64,000 nucleotides of DNA from a bacterium (lineage in GTDB: Bacteria; Sysuimicrobiota; Sysuimicrobiia; Sysuimicrobiales; Segetimicrobiaceae). Of this stretch, positions 48,905-58,002 are shown piece after piece (positions within the stretch are counted from its first letter, which is position 1; the number at the start of each line of letters is the position of its first letter). The stretch lies in contig DASSJF010000061.1 in NCBI GenBank assembly GCA_035691305.1, positions 1,329 to 65,328 of the forward strand, read 5' to 3'. The translations under genes were made by a program, and so were the position numbers. The notes below the pieces were generated by a model. That model worked only from the letters and a program-made list of their open reading frames with translations. It had not been told where the DNA came from and did not search any database.

Positions 48905-48923
48905 GGCGTGGCTCGAGGCGGCG

Positions 48924-49262
48924 CTAGTAGACCCGCCCGCCCGGCGGTACGTTCCGTTCCGCCGCGAGCAGCACGACCCGGCCTTCCTCGTCCGGTACGC
49001 CGAGCACCAGGACTTCCGACGCGAAGCCGGCGATTCGTCGCGCGCCGAGGTTGACCGCCGCGATCACCTGGCGGCCGATCAACTGCTCGGGGCGGTACAG
49101 CTCGGTAAGCTGCGCGCTCGACCCGAGCACGCCGAGCGGACCGAAATCGATCGTCAGCTTGTACGCCGGCTTCCGGGCGCCCTCGAGCGGCTCCGCGGCC
49201 GCGACGCGCCCGACCCGAAGGTCCAGCGCCCGGAACGCCTCCAGCGGATCGATCGGTGGCAC
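48924..49262 (-). CDS. csaA: tRNA-binding protein CsaA (EMAP/Trbp111-like domain)
   Basis: 'LDLRVGRVAAAEPLEGARKPAYKLTIDFGPLGVLGSSAQL' matches the CsaA OB-fold. GTG start with a GGGGGGA Shine-Dalgarno; the remainder of the 504-aa tracked ORF is an artefact. Confidence 0.75.
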   Translation of the reverse strand: MPPIDPLEAFRALDLRVGRVAAAEPLEGARKPAYKLTIDFGPLGVLGSSAQLTELYRPEQLIGRQVIAAVNLGARRIAGFASEVLVLGVPDEEGRVVLLAAERNVPPGGRVY

Positions 49263-49366
49263 GCGCCATCCCCCCGGTGATCTCCGTTTTTCGATGGAGA
49301 GGTGTGGCCCGCCGGGCCACACCTCCCATGCTACCGAAAAGACAAAGCGGCGAGCTACGGTGATGG

Positions 49367-50320
49367 TCACCTTCCCGCGTAGCGCGCGATCAGCCGGCGC
49401 GCCTGGGCCGATTCGGCCGTCGCCCGCCGCCTCGCAACGCTGAGCCCCGCGAGGATGAGCAGCGCGCCCGTCACTTTGAGCGGCCCGAATCCTTCTCCGA
49501 AGAGGACCCACGACGTGGCGCCGCCGACGACCGGCACCAGATACATGAACACCGAGGCCCGCGCGACGCCCATGCGCCCGATCGTCCAGTTCCACAGCGT
49601 CCACGCGACGTAGACGGGTACGACGACCGTCCACGCGAACGCAGCCCATCCCGCCGGCGTGATGGCGTTCCAGGGAAGGCGGAAGAGCCACGGCAGCAGC
49701 GGCAGCACGACGGGCACCGTGCCGATCGTGAGCGTGTACGCCATCATCGCGGGCAGGCGGTAGCGGGAGAGCAGCGGCCTGCTCGCCACGGTGTAGCCGG
49801 CGAAGAACGCCGCGCCGGCGAGGCTCAGCAGGTCGCCGATCCAATTTTGGTCGGCCCGCAGCCGGAGGGCCGGCAGGACGAAGATGGCCGCGCCGGCCAG
49901 CGCCACGAGCATGCCCGCGTACTGGGCGCGTCCGACCGTCTCGAGGCGCAGCCCCCGCAGGAGCGCCATCGCGAAGAGCGGCGCGAGCGCGATCAGCAGC
50001 GCGTTGGCAAACGGCGTGGTGTAGCTGAGGCCGAACGTGCTGAGCGGAATGTAGAAGGTGTAGCCGATCACGCCCACAAGCGCGAGGGCGGGCAGGTCGC
50101 CCTTGGCGAGCCCGACCGGCTCCCCTCGCTCCCGGAGCGCGAGGAAGACGCCCCAGCTCAACGCGAGCATGCCGAGATACCGCAGGCACATGAACCCCGG
50201 CGCCCCGAACTGTAGCAGCGCGATTTTTTGAAAAGCGAAGCTCATGCCCCAAATCGAGACCACCAGCAGCGCGACGAGATCGATGCCGGCCTGCTGACGC
50301 GGCGTAAGTGTCGTGTTCAT
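49367..50320 (-). CDS. EamA/DMT-family transporter
   Basis: Ten TM segments with two EamA repeats. Confidence 0.8.
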   Translation of the reverse strand: MNTTLTPRQQAGIDLVALLVVSIWGMSFAFQKIALLQFGAPGFMCLRYLGMLALSWGVFLALRERGEPVGLAKGDLPALALVGVIGYTFYIPLSTFGLSYTTPFANALLIALAPLFAMALLRGLRLETVGRAQYAGMLVALAGAAIFVLPALRLRADQNWIGDLLSLAGAAFFAGYTVASRPLLSRYRLPAMMAYTLTIGTVPVVLPLLPWLFRLPWNAITPAGWAAFAWTVVVPVYVAWTLWNWTIGRMGVARASVFMYLVPVVGGATSWVLFGEGFGPLKVTGALLILAGLSVARRRATAESAQARRLIARYAGR

Positions 50321-50462
50321 GCGGCAAGGGTAGCCCGGAACGTATCGACGGGCTATCCGATTCGGGCGGACAAACCGGTGCAGCCCGCCGCGGCACCAAG
50401 AGGTAAGATTGAGTCACGCCGCTCGCTTGCCCGGGCATGTCTCACCCTTGAGGACGTCGGCG

Positions 50463-50750
50463 ATGTGCAGGAACATCAAGACGCTGTTCAACTTCCAACC
50501 GGCCGCGACTCCTGAGGAGATTCGGGGCGCGTCGCTGCAGTTCGTCAGAAAGATCAGCGGTTTCGCCAAGCCGTCACGGGCGAACGAGCCGGCGTTCGTG
50601 GCCGCGGTGGATGAGGTCGCGGCGGCGGCCGCCCGCCTCCTCGCGTCGCTCGAGACGAGCGCGCCGCCGAAGAGCCGGGAGGAAGAAGCCGCCAAGGCGA
50701 AGGCCCGCGCCGCGGAGCGGTTCGGTGCCCCCTCGCCCGCGCGCCGCTAG
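50463..50750 (+). CDS. DUF2277-domain protein
   Basis: 'MCRNIKTLFNFQPAATPEEIRGASLQFVRKISGFAKPSRANEPAF' matches the conserved DUF2277 N-terminus. Confidence 0.65.
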   Translation: MCRNIKTLFNFQPAATPEEIRGASLQFVRKISGFAKPSRANEPAFVAAVDEVAAAAARLLASLETSAPPKSREEEAAKAKARAAERFGAPSPARR

Positions 50751-50793
50751 GGGACGGGCGGCGACGCCCGCCGGTGCCGGACCCGGCGGCGGG

Positions 50794-51621
50794 ATCATCG
50801 TTCATCTGCTCGACGGCACGTACGAGCTGTTCCGGCACTTCTACGGCCTGCGCCGGTTTACGAAGGGCGACGATCCGCCGCTCGGCGCCGCCGCCGGCGT
50901 GCTTTCCACGGTGCTGCAGATGATCGAGACGGGCGCGACGCACCTCGGTGTGGCGACCGATCACGTCGTGGAATCTTTCCGCAACACGCTCTGGTCCGGA
51001 TACAAAACGAGCGCGGGCATGGAGCCCGCGCTGCTGCGGCAGTTCCATCCGCTCGAAGAGGCGCTCGCCGCGATGGGCGTGGCGGTCTGGCCCATGGTCG
51101 AGCTCGAAGCCGACGACGCGCTGGCGTCCGCGGCGCGCATCTCGTCCGGGGACGGCCGCGTCGCCAAAGTCAGCATCTGGACGCCCGACAAGGACCTGGC
51201 GCAGTGCGTGCGGGGCGAGCGGGTCGTACAGGCGGACCGCAAGAGCGGGCGCATTCTGGATGAAGACGGCGTGCGCGCGAAGTTCGGGGTCGCGCCGGCC
51301 CGGATCCCCGATTTCCTGGCGCTGACCGGCGACTCGGCGGACGGCTACCCGGGCATCACGGGGATCGGCCCGGTCAAGGCCGCGCGCCTCGTGAACCGGT
51401 ACGGCGCGATCGAGGATTTTCCGCCGGACGCGCTCCCCGCCTCTGCGCGCAGGTCGGCGCTGCTGTTCAAAAACCTGGCGACCCTCCGGATGGACGCTCC
51501 GCTCTTCGAGGGCGTGGAGGACCTGCGGTGGCGCGGGCCGACGGAAGCCTTCGCGGCCTGGGCCGAGCGCCTTGGAGACACCCGCCTGTTGAGGCGGGCG
51601 CAAGCCGTGCCGGTCGTCTAG
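50794..51621 (+). CDS. 5'-3' exonuclease (Pol I N-terminal / flap endonuclease family)
   Basis: 'IIVHLLDGTYELFRHFYG', 'VELEADDALAS' and an H3TH 'DGYPGITGIGPVKAARLV'. There is no ATG/GTG/TTG in frame after the DUF2277 stop, so the start is uncertain: either a non-canonical ATC near 50794, or an upstream overlapping ATG at 50611. Confidence 0.7.
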   Translation: MIVHLLDGTYELFRHFYGLRRFTKGDDPPLGAAAGVLSTVLQMIETGATHLGVATDHVVESFRNTLWSGYKTSAGMEPALLRQFHPLEEALAAMGVAVWPMVELEADDALASAARISSGDGRVAKVSIWTPDKDLAQCVRGERVVQADRKSGRILDEDGVRAKFGVAPARIPDFLALTGDSADGYPGITGIGPVKAARLVNRYGAIEDFPPDALPASARRSALLFKNLATLRMDAPLFEGVEDLRWRGPTEAFAAWAERLGDTRLLRRAQAVPVV

Positions 51622-51701
51622 TCCGCGCTCCATTGTCGATTTCGGCCGGGGCCGTCCGACTACGAGATGAAAGAGACTCGAAGCCGGAAGGGAGCCCCGC
51701 C

Positions 51702-52100
51702 ATGAACCGTGTGCTCTGGATCGTGCAGGCCCTGCTCGCCGCCCTGTTCCTTTTTGCCGGCACCATGAAGCTGGTGCTGCCGCTCGAGATGATGACCAAA
51801 CAGATGCCGCTTCCCGGTTGGTTCCTGCGGTTCACCGGAACGGCCGAAATCCTCGGCGCGCTGGGTCTGATCCTGCCGGGCGTGCTTCACATCGCGGAGG
51901 ATCTGACGCCGCTCGCCGCCGCCGGACTGTCGGTAGTCATGATCGGCGCGACGGTGGTCACGCTGGCCGTCGGCGGCGGGCTGTCCGCCCTCGTCCCCGG
52001 GGCGGTGGGGCTGTTAGCCGTATTCGTGGTGTGCGGCCGCGCCGGGACCGGCGCGGCGGAGCCTGGACGGCTCGGTCCCGAGCTAACCGGCTTTCGGTAA
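51702..52100 (+). CDS. DoxX-family membrane protein
   Basis: 'ALLAALFLFAGTMKL' and four TM segments. Start set at the internal Met. Confidence 0.75.
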   Translation: MNRVLWIVQALLAALFLFAGTMKLVLPLEMMTKQMPLPGWFLRFTGTAEILGALGLILPGVLHIAEDLTPLAAAGLSVVMIGATVVTLAVGGGLSALVPGAVGLLAVFVVCGRAGTGAAEPGRLGPELTGFR

Positions 52101-52970
52101 GAACAGGGGACGCCGCAGCCTCCGGTAGCGGCCCGGCGTGAGCCCGAAAGCAGAAACGAAGGCCCGTGTGAAGTGGGCCTGATCGGCAAAGCCCGCATCG
52201 GATGCCACGTCGGCCAGCGAACGCGCCCGGTGGATCGCCTCCCGGGCGCGTTCGAGTTTGCGCATCAGCTGGTAACGGTGCGGGCTCGTCCCGAGCGCGA
52301 CCCGAAACTGGCGGGCGAGATCGTAGCGCGTGAGCCCGGTCACAGCCTCCAGCTCCGCCGAGCGGACGGTCCGGGTTCGTTCGACGTCGAGCAGCTGACG
52401 CGCGCGTTCAACGGCGCGTGTGTCGACCCGCCGCGAGGCGGTAGGTGCGCCGCGGGCGCGCTCTCCCGCCAGCAGGCCTTCCGCCAGTTCTACCACGAGG
52501 TCGTCGACGGCGAGCGGCTCGAGGCCGGCTGCGAATACCTCGGTGATCGCCCGCGCGAGCCGGACGTTGCCCGATACCGGATCCCTGAGAAACGGCAGCG
52601 GATAGGGCCGTCCGCAGACCACCCGAACCGCGTCGGCGAGCCGTGCGGGCTCTACATACACAATCCGGTATCCGAAGCCTGCCTCGCCGCCCGCGCGCCC
52701 GTCGTGGAGCTCGTCTGGGTACAGCACCGTGACCTGGCCCGGCGCGCTCGCGTGGACGGCGCCCCGATAATCGAAGACCTGTAGCCCGAAGTCGGTGAGC
52801 CCGATCGCGTACGTGGCGTGGCGGTGCTTCCGGTAGCGCTCGCCGGCGAAGGACGCCCGGAAGAGCTCGACCCCGTCGAGCGGGCCGGCGCTTGCGATCC
52901 ATTGCCGTCCCGGCTCCCGGCACGATCGTTCAAGACCTTCGCCGGCCGATGTGGTGTGCTTGAAACGCAT
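52083..52970 (-). CDS. AraC-family transcriptional regulator
   Basis: C-terminal double HTH 'AELEAVTGLTRYDLARQFRVALGTSPHRYQLMRKLERAREAI'. N-terminal cupin-like sensor domain. Confidence 0.85.
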   Translation of the reverse strand: MRFKHTTSAGEGLERSCREPGRQWIASAGPLDGVELFRASFAGERYRKHRHATYAIGLTDFGLQVFDYRGAVHASAPGQVTVLYPDELHDGRAGGEAGFGYRIVYVEPARLADAVRVVCGRPYPLPFLRDPVSGNVRLARAITEVFAAGLEPLAVDDLVVELAEGLLAGERARGAPTASRRVDTRAVERARQLLDVERTRTVRSAELEAVTGLTRYDLARQFRVALGTSPHRYQLMRKLERAREAIHRARSLADVASDAGFADQAHFTRAFVSAFGLTPGRYRRLRRPLFLPKAG

Positions 52971-53009
52971 GGCGACGATTCTCCCACGGTTCCCTAAGGG
53001 CCGCGTTCA

Positions 53010-53609
53010 ATGACTACCGGCCAGGCGGTGGCGTTCCTGCTCTTCGCCGTGGCCGCCGCCGGCACGCCCGGCCCCAGCAACGTGATGTTGACGGCGACCG
53101 GCGCACAGGTCGGCGTGCGGCGAGGGCTCCCGTGTCTCCTCGGCCAGACGACCGGCATGGGGCTTATGCTGTTCGGCGTGTTGGCCGGGCTCGGCAGCCT
53201 GGTGCTGGGACATCCGGCCGTGCTTCAGGCCCTCCGTTGGGGCGGCGCGGCGGTGCTGCTCTGGCTCGCGTGGAAGATTGCCACGGCGTCGGGCGGCATC
53301 GACGCGGCGCCCGGCGGACGGCCGCTCGGTTACCTGGACGCGGCCGTCTTTCAATGGGTGAATCCCAAAGCGTGGCTGGTCAGCGCGAGCGCCGCGGGCA
53401 CGTTCATGACGGCCGGCGCCGGCAGTCCCGTCGCACAGGCGGCGCTGCTGAGCGCGCTCTTCGTCTCGGCCGCCCTGCCGAGCTGCTTCCCGTGGCTGGC
53501 CTTCGGCGCCGCGGTGCATCGCCTGCTCCACAGCCCGGGCCGCCGGCGCCTGTTCAACGGCGCGATGGCCGCGCTACTCGTGCTCTCGATTGTGCTCATT
53601 CTGCGCTGA
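53010..53609 (+). CDS. LysE/RhtB-family exporter
   Basis: 'FAVAAAGTPGPSNVMLTATG' LysE motif. Divergent from the AraC regulator. Confidence 0.8.
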   Translation: MTTGQAVAFLLFAVAAAGTPGPSNVMLTATGAQVGVRRGLPCLLGQTTGMGLMLFGVLAGLGSLVLGHPAVLQALRWGGAAVLLWLAWKIATASGGIDAAPGGRPLGYLDAAVFQWVNPKAWLVSASAAGTFMTAGAGSPVAQAALLSALFVSAALPSCFPWLAFGAAVHRLLHSPGRRRLFNGAMAALLVLSIVLILR

Positions 53610-53621
53610 CGGGGAGGAACC

Positions 53622-54329
53622 ATGGACGCCACGGCAACGGCCGCCCTCTTCCGAGATCTGACCACGCCGCACGTCGCCGACGCGTGCCTCCGCACCGGCG
53701 TGGAAGTGCGCTGCGCCCCCGCCGGCGTTCGTGCGCTCGATCCGGCGAAGCGGGCGGCCGGCCCGGTGCGCCCCGTCCGCCACTACGGCAGCGTCGATAT
53801 CTTCCTCGAAGCGTTGGAAGAGACGTCCCCGGGCGAGATGATGGTGATCGACAACGCCGGCCGCCTGGACGAGGCGTGCGTCGGCGATCTGATCGTTCTG
53901 GAAGCGAAGCAGGCGGGACTCGCGGGGATCGTCATCTGGGGCCTGCACCGCGACACGCCCGAACTCCTGGAAATCGAACTGCCGCTCTTCAGCCTCGGCG
54001 GGTGCCCGACGGGCCCGCTGCGGCTGGACCCGCGTGAAGCCGATGCTCTGCGGTCGGCCCGCGTCGGTCCATGGACCGTGGGCGCCGCCGACGTCGCGGT
54101 CGGCGACGCGAACGGTATCGTCTTCGTGCCCGCGGCGAGGGCGCAAGAGATCGCGGTCCTCGCCCGGTCGATTCGGGACACCGAGCGCGTCCAGTCGGAG
54201 AAGATGCGCCGCGGCTCGTCGCTGCGCGCGCAGCTGCGGTTTCGGGAGTTCCTCGATCGGCGCGCGGTGACTCCGTCCGTTACCTTTCGCGATCATCTGC
54301 GCCGCATCGGCGGCGCGATCGAAGAGTAG
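53622..54329 (+). CDS. RraA-family protein (RNase E inhibitor RraA / HMG-CHA aldolase-like)
   Basis: 'GEMMVIDNAGRLDEACVGDLIVLEAKQAGLAGIVIWGLHRD' matches the RraA/MenG-like swivelling beta/beta/alpha fold. Confidence 0.75.
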   Translation: MDATATAALFRDLTTPHVADACLRTGVEVRCAPAGVRALDPAKRAAGPVRPVRHYGSVDIFLEALEETSPGEMMVIDNAGRLDEACVGDLIVLEAKQAGLAGIVIWGLHRDTPELLEIELPLFSLGGCPTGPLRLDPREADALRSARVGPWTVGAADVAVGDANGIVFVPAARAQEIAVLARSIRDTERVQSEKMRRGSSLRAQLRFREFLDRRAVTPSVTFRDHLRRIGGAIEE

Positions 54330-54339
54330 GAGCGGCGTC

Positions 54340-54840
54340 GTGCTGACGTCGATCCCGGAGTTCGTTCGGTACTTCGAGGGTGTCCGCCGCCGAACGCTCG
54401 CCGCGGTGGACCGCGTCACGCCTGGGATCCTCGACTGGGCGCCCCGGCCGGGCGCACTCGACTGCGGCACCATCATCCGGCATCTCGCCGGCGCCGAACG
54501 GTTCTTCGTGGTCAAAGTGGCTGAAGACCGCTGGACGGACGCGCTCGACCCCGGACCGAGGCTCGACCTCGAGGCGTCTCGCGAGCTCTTGGCCGCCACT
54601 CACCGGGAGCAGATGCCTCGGCTTCTGGCGTTGCCCGATGCGCGGCTGCGGGACCGGGTTCGGGATCTCGAAGGCCGAGAGGTCCGGGTCTGGCGCCTGC
54701 TGATGGGCATGGCGGAGCACGAGATTCATCACCGCAGCCAGCTGAACAGCCGGCTGTCGGCGGCCGGCATCGGCGCGCCGCAGATCTTCGGTTACCGCAT
54801 GGAAGAGGTGATCGCGCGCGCCCGCGCTGAACGTCCCTGA
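54340..54840 (+). CDS. DinB-family (DinB_2) protein
   Basis: 'IIRHLAGAERFF' and 'MAEHEIHHRSQL'. Confidence 0.7.
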   Translation: MLTSIPEFVRYFEGVRRRTLAAVDRVTPGILDWAPRPGALDCGTIIRHLAGAERFFVVKVAEDRWTDALDPGPRLDLEASRELLAATHREQMPRLLALPDARLRDRVRDLEGREVRVWRLLMGMAEHEIHHRSQLNSRLSAAGIGAPQIFGYRMEEVIARARAERP

Positions 54841-54851
54841 TCGGTGATGGG

Positions 54852-55382
54852 ATGGGACCCTTCGCGGGCTGGGACAACTTCTATGTCATCGTCGGGTCGG
54901 CCGCCGGCGCGCTGATCGGATTGCAGTTCGTCGTCATGACGCTCATTGCCGACACGCCGGTCGCGTCGGCGCAGGCCGGCAGCGCGTTTGCGACACCGAC
55001 CATCATGCACTTCGCGGCCGCGCTGCTGCTCTCGGCCGGTTTGAGCGCTCCGTGGCCGGGGAGCGGCGCCGCGGCGCTGTTCTTGGGACTCGTCGGCCTC
55101 GGTGGGCTTGGCTATTCCGGCATCGTGTGCCGGCGCATGCGGGCGCAGACGTCATATCGCCCGGACTATGAGGACTGGGCGTTCCATGCCGTGCTTCCTA
55201 TTGTCGCCTACGCGTTGCTGACCGCATCGGCGTACGCGGCCGGCGCTCACGTCCGCGAGGCCCCGTTCGGCGTCGCGACGGCGGTGCTGGTGTTGTTGTT
55301 CATCGGGATCCATAATGCCTGGGACGCGGTCACGTGGCACGTCTTTGTAACAAGACGCCGGCACGGCGGGCGCGGAACATGA
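54852..55382 (+). CDS. Hypothetical integral membrane protein
   Basis: Four predicted TM helices. Coding-like GC3. No recognised motif. Confidence 0.5.
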   Translation: MGPFAGWDNFYVIVGSAAGALIGLQFVVMTLIADTPVASAQAGSAFATPTIMHFAAALLLSAGLSAPWPGSGAAALFLGLVGLGGLGYSGIVCRRMRAQTSYRPDYEDWAFHAVLPIVAYALLTASAYAAGAHVREAPFGVATAVLVLLFIGIHNAWDAVTWHVFVTRRRHGGRGT

Positions 55383-55537
55383 GCATCACACGCGTCAATC
55401 GGTGCGAAGCGAAGCCGGGCAAGGGACCGGAGCTGCGCCGGTTCCTGCGATAGCGGCCGAGTCGCCGGCAGCGGGGAGTCCGGCGGGCGGGAGAGAAGAC
55501 TCGAAAGACCCTCGCTACCGCGCCGAACACAGGGGGA

Positions 55538-56005
55538 GTGCGTCTGTCACGTAAAATCCGGATCTCTTTGCCGGGCGACGACATCTCCGCGATCGCCGAC
55601 CTTCTCGACGAGGACTGCCCCGACACCTGCGAGGCGATCTGGCGCCTCTTGCCGCTGCGCGTGAAGGCGATTCACGACATTTGGTCCGGGCATCTGGTGT
55701 TGGCCCACCTCGACAACAAGTTCGTGCTGCCGCCCGAAAACGTCCTCACCTACCTGCCCGTTCCGGGCGACATCTTCTATTACTACAGGCCCGCGCACTA
55801 CTTCCGGGGCTCGCCCTACGGGCGAGCCGAATCGGCGGAGATCGGCATCGTCTACGACCGGGACACGCGGCCGCAGGGGCCGCGGGGCCCGGAAGCCGTC
55901 AACCTCTTTGCGAACATCTCCGCCGGTCTGGAAGGCTTCGCGGAGGCGTGCGAAGACATGATCTACCGCGGCCAAAAAGACCTCCTCATCGAGAAATTGG
56001 GGTGA
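55538..56005 (+). CDS. Small cyclophilin-like protein, probable DUF3830 family (paralog 1)
   Basis: 'LLDEDCPDTCEAIWRLLPLRVKAIHDIWSGH' and 'PGDIFYYY' fit the DUF3830 pattern as remembered: acidic .D..P.TC.A.W..LPL...A.H..WSG, then .PGD..Y. Not verified against the family model. Confidence 0.55.
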   Translation: MRLSRKIRISLPGDDISAIADLLDEDCPDTCEAIWRLLPLRVKAIHDIWSGHLVLAHLDNKFVLPPENVLTYLPVPGDIFYYYRPAHYFRGSPYGRAESAEIGIVYDRDTRPQGPRGPEAVNLFANISAGLEGFAEACEDMIYRGQKDLLIEKLG

Positions 56006-56010
56006 CCGGG

Positions 56011-56520
56011 ATGAGGAAGCTGCTCTTCGAGTTGAGCGGAACGAGCGCCGTCGCCGAGATGCACGACGACGTCGTGCCGAAGACCTGCGACGCCGTCTGG
56101 AACGCGCTGCCGCTGGAAGGGATGGCGATCCACGCCAACTGGTCGAGCCGCGAGATCATGCTGCATCTTCACGGCGAGAAGATCCTTCGACTGCCCCCCG
56201 AAGGGCCGGCCCGGCGCGGCACCACCGCACCCGGTGACATCGTGTACTTCTGGCGATCCCCCCGGATGTCGCGCGGCAAGCAGCTGGCCTACAGCGCGGA
56301 GTTCCAGCGGGAGCTGTCCGAGCTCGCCATCTTCTACGGCGACCCCGCCGCCGGAGGCCGGGCCGCGGACGACCCGGCGCGCAGCGGCCGGGACTCGATC
56401 CTTCAAGTTTCCACGCTCTTCGCCGCGTTCATCGACATCCCCAAGGCCTTCGCGCGGAAGTGCGAAGCGATCCGCCATCACGGCCTGCAGAAGCTCGTCG
56501 TGAGGAGACTCGACCAATGA
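56011..56520 (+). CDS. Small cyclophilin-like protein, probable DUF3830 family (paralog 2)
   Basis: 'MHDDVVPKTCDAVWNALPLEGMAIHANWSSRE' and 'PGDIVYFW' are clearly paralogous to the preceding gene. The ATG is internal to a longer tracked ORF. Confidence 0.55.
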   Translation: MRKLLFELSGTSAVAEMHDDVVPKTCDAVWNALPLEGMAIHANWSSREIMLHLHGEKILRLPPEGPARRGTTAPGDIVYFWRSPRMSRGKQLAYSAEFQRELSELAIFYGDPAAGGRAADDPARSGRDSILQVSTLFAAFIDIPKAFARKCEAIRHHGLQKLVVRRLDQ

Positions 56521-56966
56521 CGCGGGTGAAAATCACGCTGGGAAGCGTCGAGGCGTTCGCGGAACTGGCCGAGCAGGACGCGCCCGAGAGCGCGAAATGG
56601 CTCAAGAAGATGCTTCCGATCGAGGCGCAGGCGATCCACAGCATGGAGAACGGCCGCGAAGTTTACGCCGTGCTCGATACTCCCGGCCGCGTCCCGGAAG
56701 AGAATCAGACGATCTACCAGACCGTCGGTGATCTGTTCCTGTACTACAAACCGGCCATCTTCGTCGAACCCGAGTGGCCCAGGCACGTCCGCGACGTGCT
56801 CGTCATCGGCTTCATCTACGAGCGTGACAGCGCGGTACGGGGCATCGACGGCCCGCTCGCGACGAATCTCGTCGGGAGGATCACCGAGGGGATCGACGCC
56901 CTCGCGCACGAGGCCCCGCGGATGCGTCGCGAAGGCATGGGGAAGATGCGCCTCAGCCTCGCCTAG
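56517..56966 (+). CDS. Small cyclophilin-like protein, probable DUF3830 family (paralog 3)
   Basis: 'LAEQDAPESAKWLKKMLPIEAQAIHSMENGRE' and 'VGDLFLYY'. The ATG overlaps the upstream stop as 'ATGA'. Confidence 0.55.
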   Translation: MTRVKITLGSVEAFAELAEQDAPESAKWLKKMLPIEAQAIHSMENGREVYAVLDTPGRVPEENQTIYQTVGDLFLYYKPAIFVEPEWPRHVRDVLVIGFIYERDSAVRGIDGPLATNLVGRITEGIDALAHEAPRMRREGMGKMRLSLA

Positions 56967-56970
56967 TCCG

Positions 56971-58002
56971 ATGGTCAGGTTTGGACTCGGCATGGCGCCG
57001 GTGGAGCCGCTGAAGAAAGTCGTTTCGGTGGCGAGACTGGCCGAGGAACTCGGCTTCGAACACTTCGTCCACGCCGATCAGCGATTTTCGGGTGAGAAGG
57101 ACGTCTTCGTGACGCTCGCCGCCGACGCTCTGAGCACCACGACGATCAAGCTCGGACCGTGCGTGTCCGATCCGTACTGCCGGATCCCGGCGATGCTCGC
57201 CACCGCCGTCGCGAGCCTCGACGAACTTTCGGGCGGGCGGGCCCTCCTTGCCCTGGGCGCCGGCGGATCCGGATTCGCGGAGATGCACCTCGAGCGGAAG
57301 CATGTCAACGAGGCCCTCCGCGAAACGATCACCATGGTGCGGGGGCTGTTCAGCGGTGAAGCGGTCAACTTCGACGGCCGGCTGTTCAAGCTCACCAACG
57401 CCCGCCTGCGGTTTGAAGTGCGGCCGGACATCCCGATTCTCATCGCGAGCAGAAGTCCGCTGAACCTCGAGCTCGCGGGCGAGATCGCGGACGGCGCGAT
57501 CATCGCGACCTACGTGTCGAAGGCGCAGCTGGCGTTCGCGATCGAGCGGGTGCGGGCCGGAGCCTGGAAGGCGCGCCGGCGCCTGGAGGACGTCCGGCTG
57601 ATTTCGTGGGTCTACACCTCGATCTCCGACGACGGACGGCAGGCCGTGGAGAACGTCAGGCCGTTCGTAACGCAGGCGCTGGTGAATACCTCCCCGGAGG
57701 CCTACCCCGCCATCCTCGAGGGCTTTGACGAAGCCCTGCCGCCCTTCCTCGTGCAGTGCCGGGAGCGGGGACGGGCGGGGCTGGAGGCGGCGTACCGGGA
57801 CCGGCGGTATCTCACCGACGAGGTCATCAAGCGGTTCTCGGTCGCGGGCACGGCCGAGGATTGCATCAAAAAAATCGAAGAGATCAGGTCCTTCGGCATC
57901 GACGAGATCTGGTTGCGGTGCTTTTCCGCTCCGCGGTCCGAGGTGGAGCACGAGAAAGTGATCGTGCCGTTCGCCGAAAAAGTGATGCCGAGGTTCAGGT
58001 AG
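56971..58002 (+). CDS. LLM-class (luciferase-like) flavin/F420-dependent oxidoreductase
   Basis: 'FGLGMAPVEPLKKVVSVARLAEELGFEHFVHADQ' TIM-barrel N-terminus and 'LALGAGGSGF'. The ATG lies 5 bp after the third paralog. Confidence 0.8.
   Translation: MVRFGLGMAPVEPLKKVVSVARLAEELGFEHFVHADQRFSGEKDVFVTLAADALSTTTIKLGPCVSDPYCRIPAMLATAVASLDELSGGRALLALGAGGSGFAEMHLERKHVNEALRETITMVRGLFSGEAVNFDGRLFKLTNARLRFEVRPDIPILIASRSPLNLELAGEIADGAIIATYVSKAQLAFAIERVRAGAWKARRRLEDVRLISWVYTSISDDGRQAVENVRPFVTQALVNTSPEAYPAILEGFDEALPPFLVQCRERGRAGLEAAYRDRRYLTDEVIKRFSVAGTAEDCIKKIEEIRSFGIDEIWLRCFSAPRSEVEHEKVIVPFAEKVMPRFR

Noticed and set aside
48924-50438. 504-aa ORF
   Set aside because: Only the C-terminal 112 aa (CsaA) has a recognisable fold, its own Shine-Dalgarno and a GTG. 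The remainder overlaps the EamA transporter gene in another frame.
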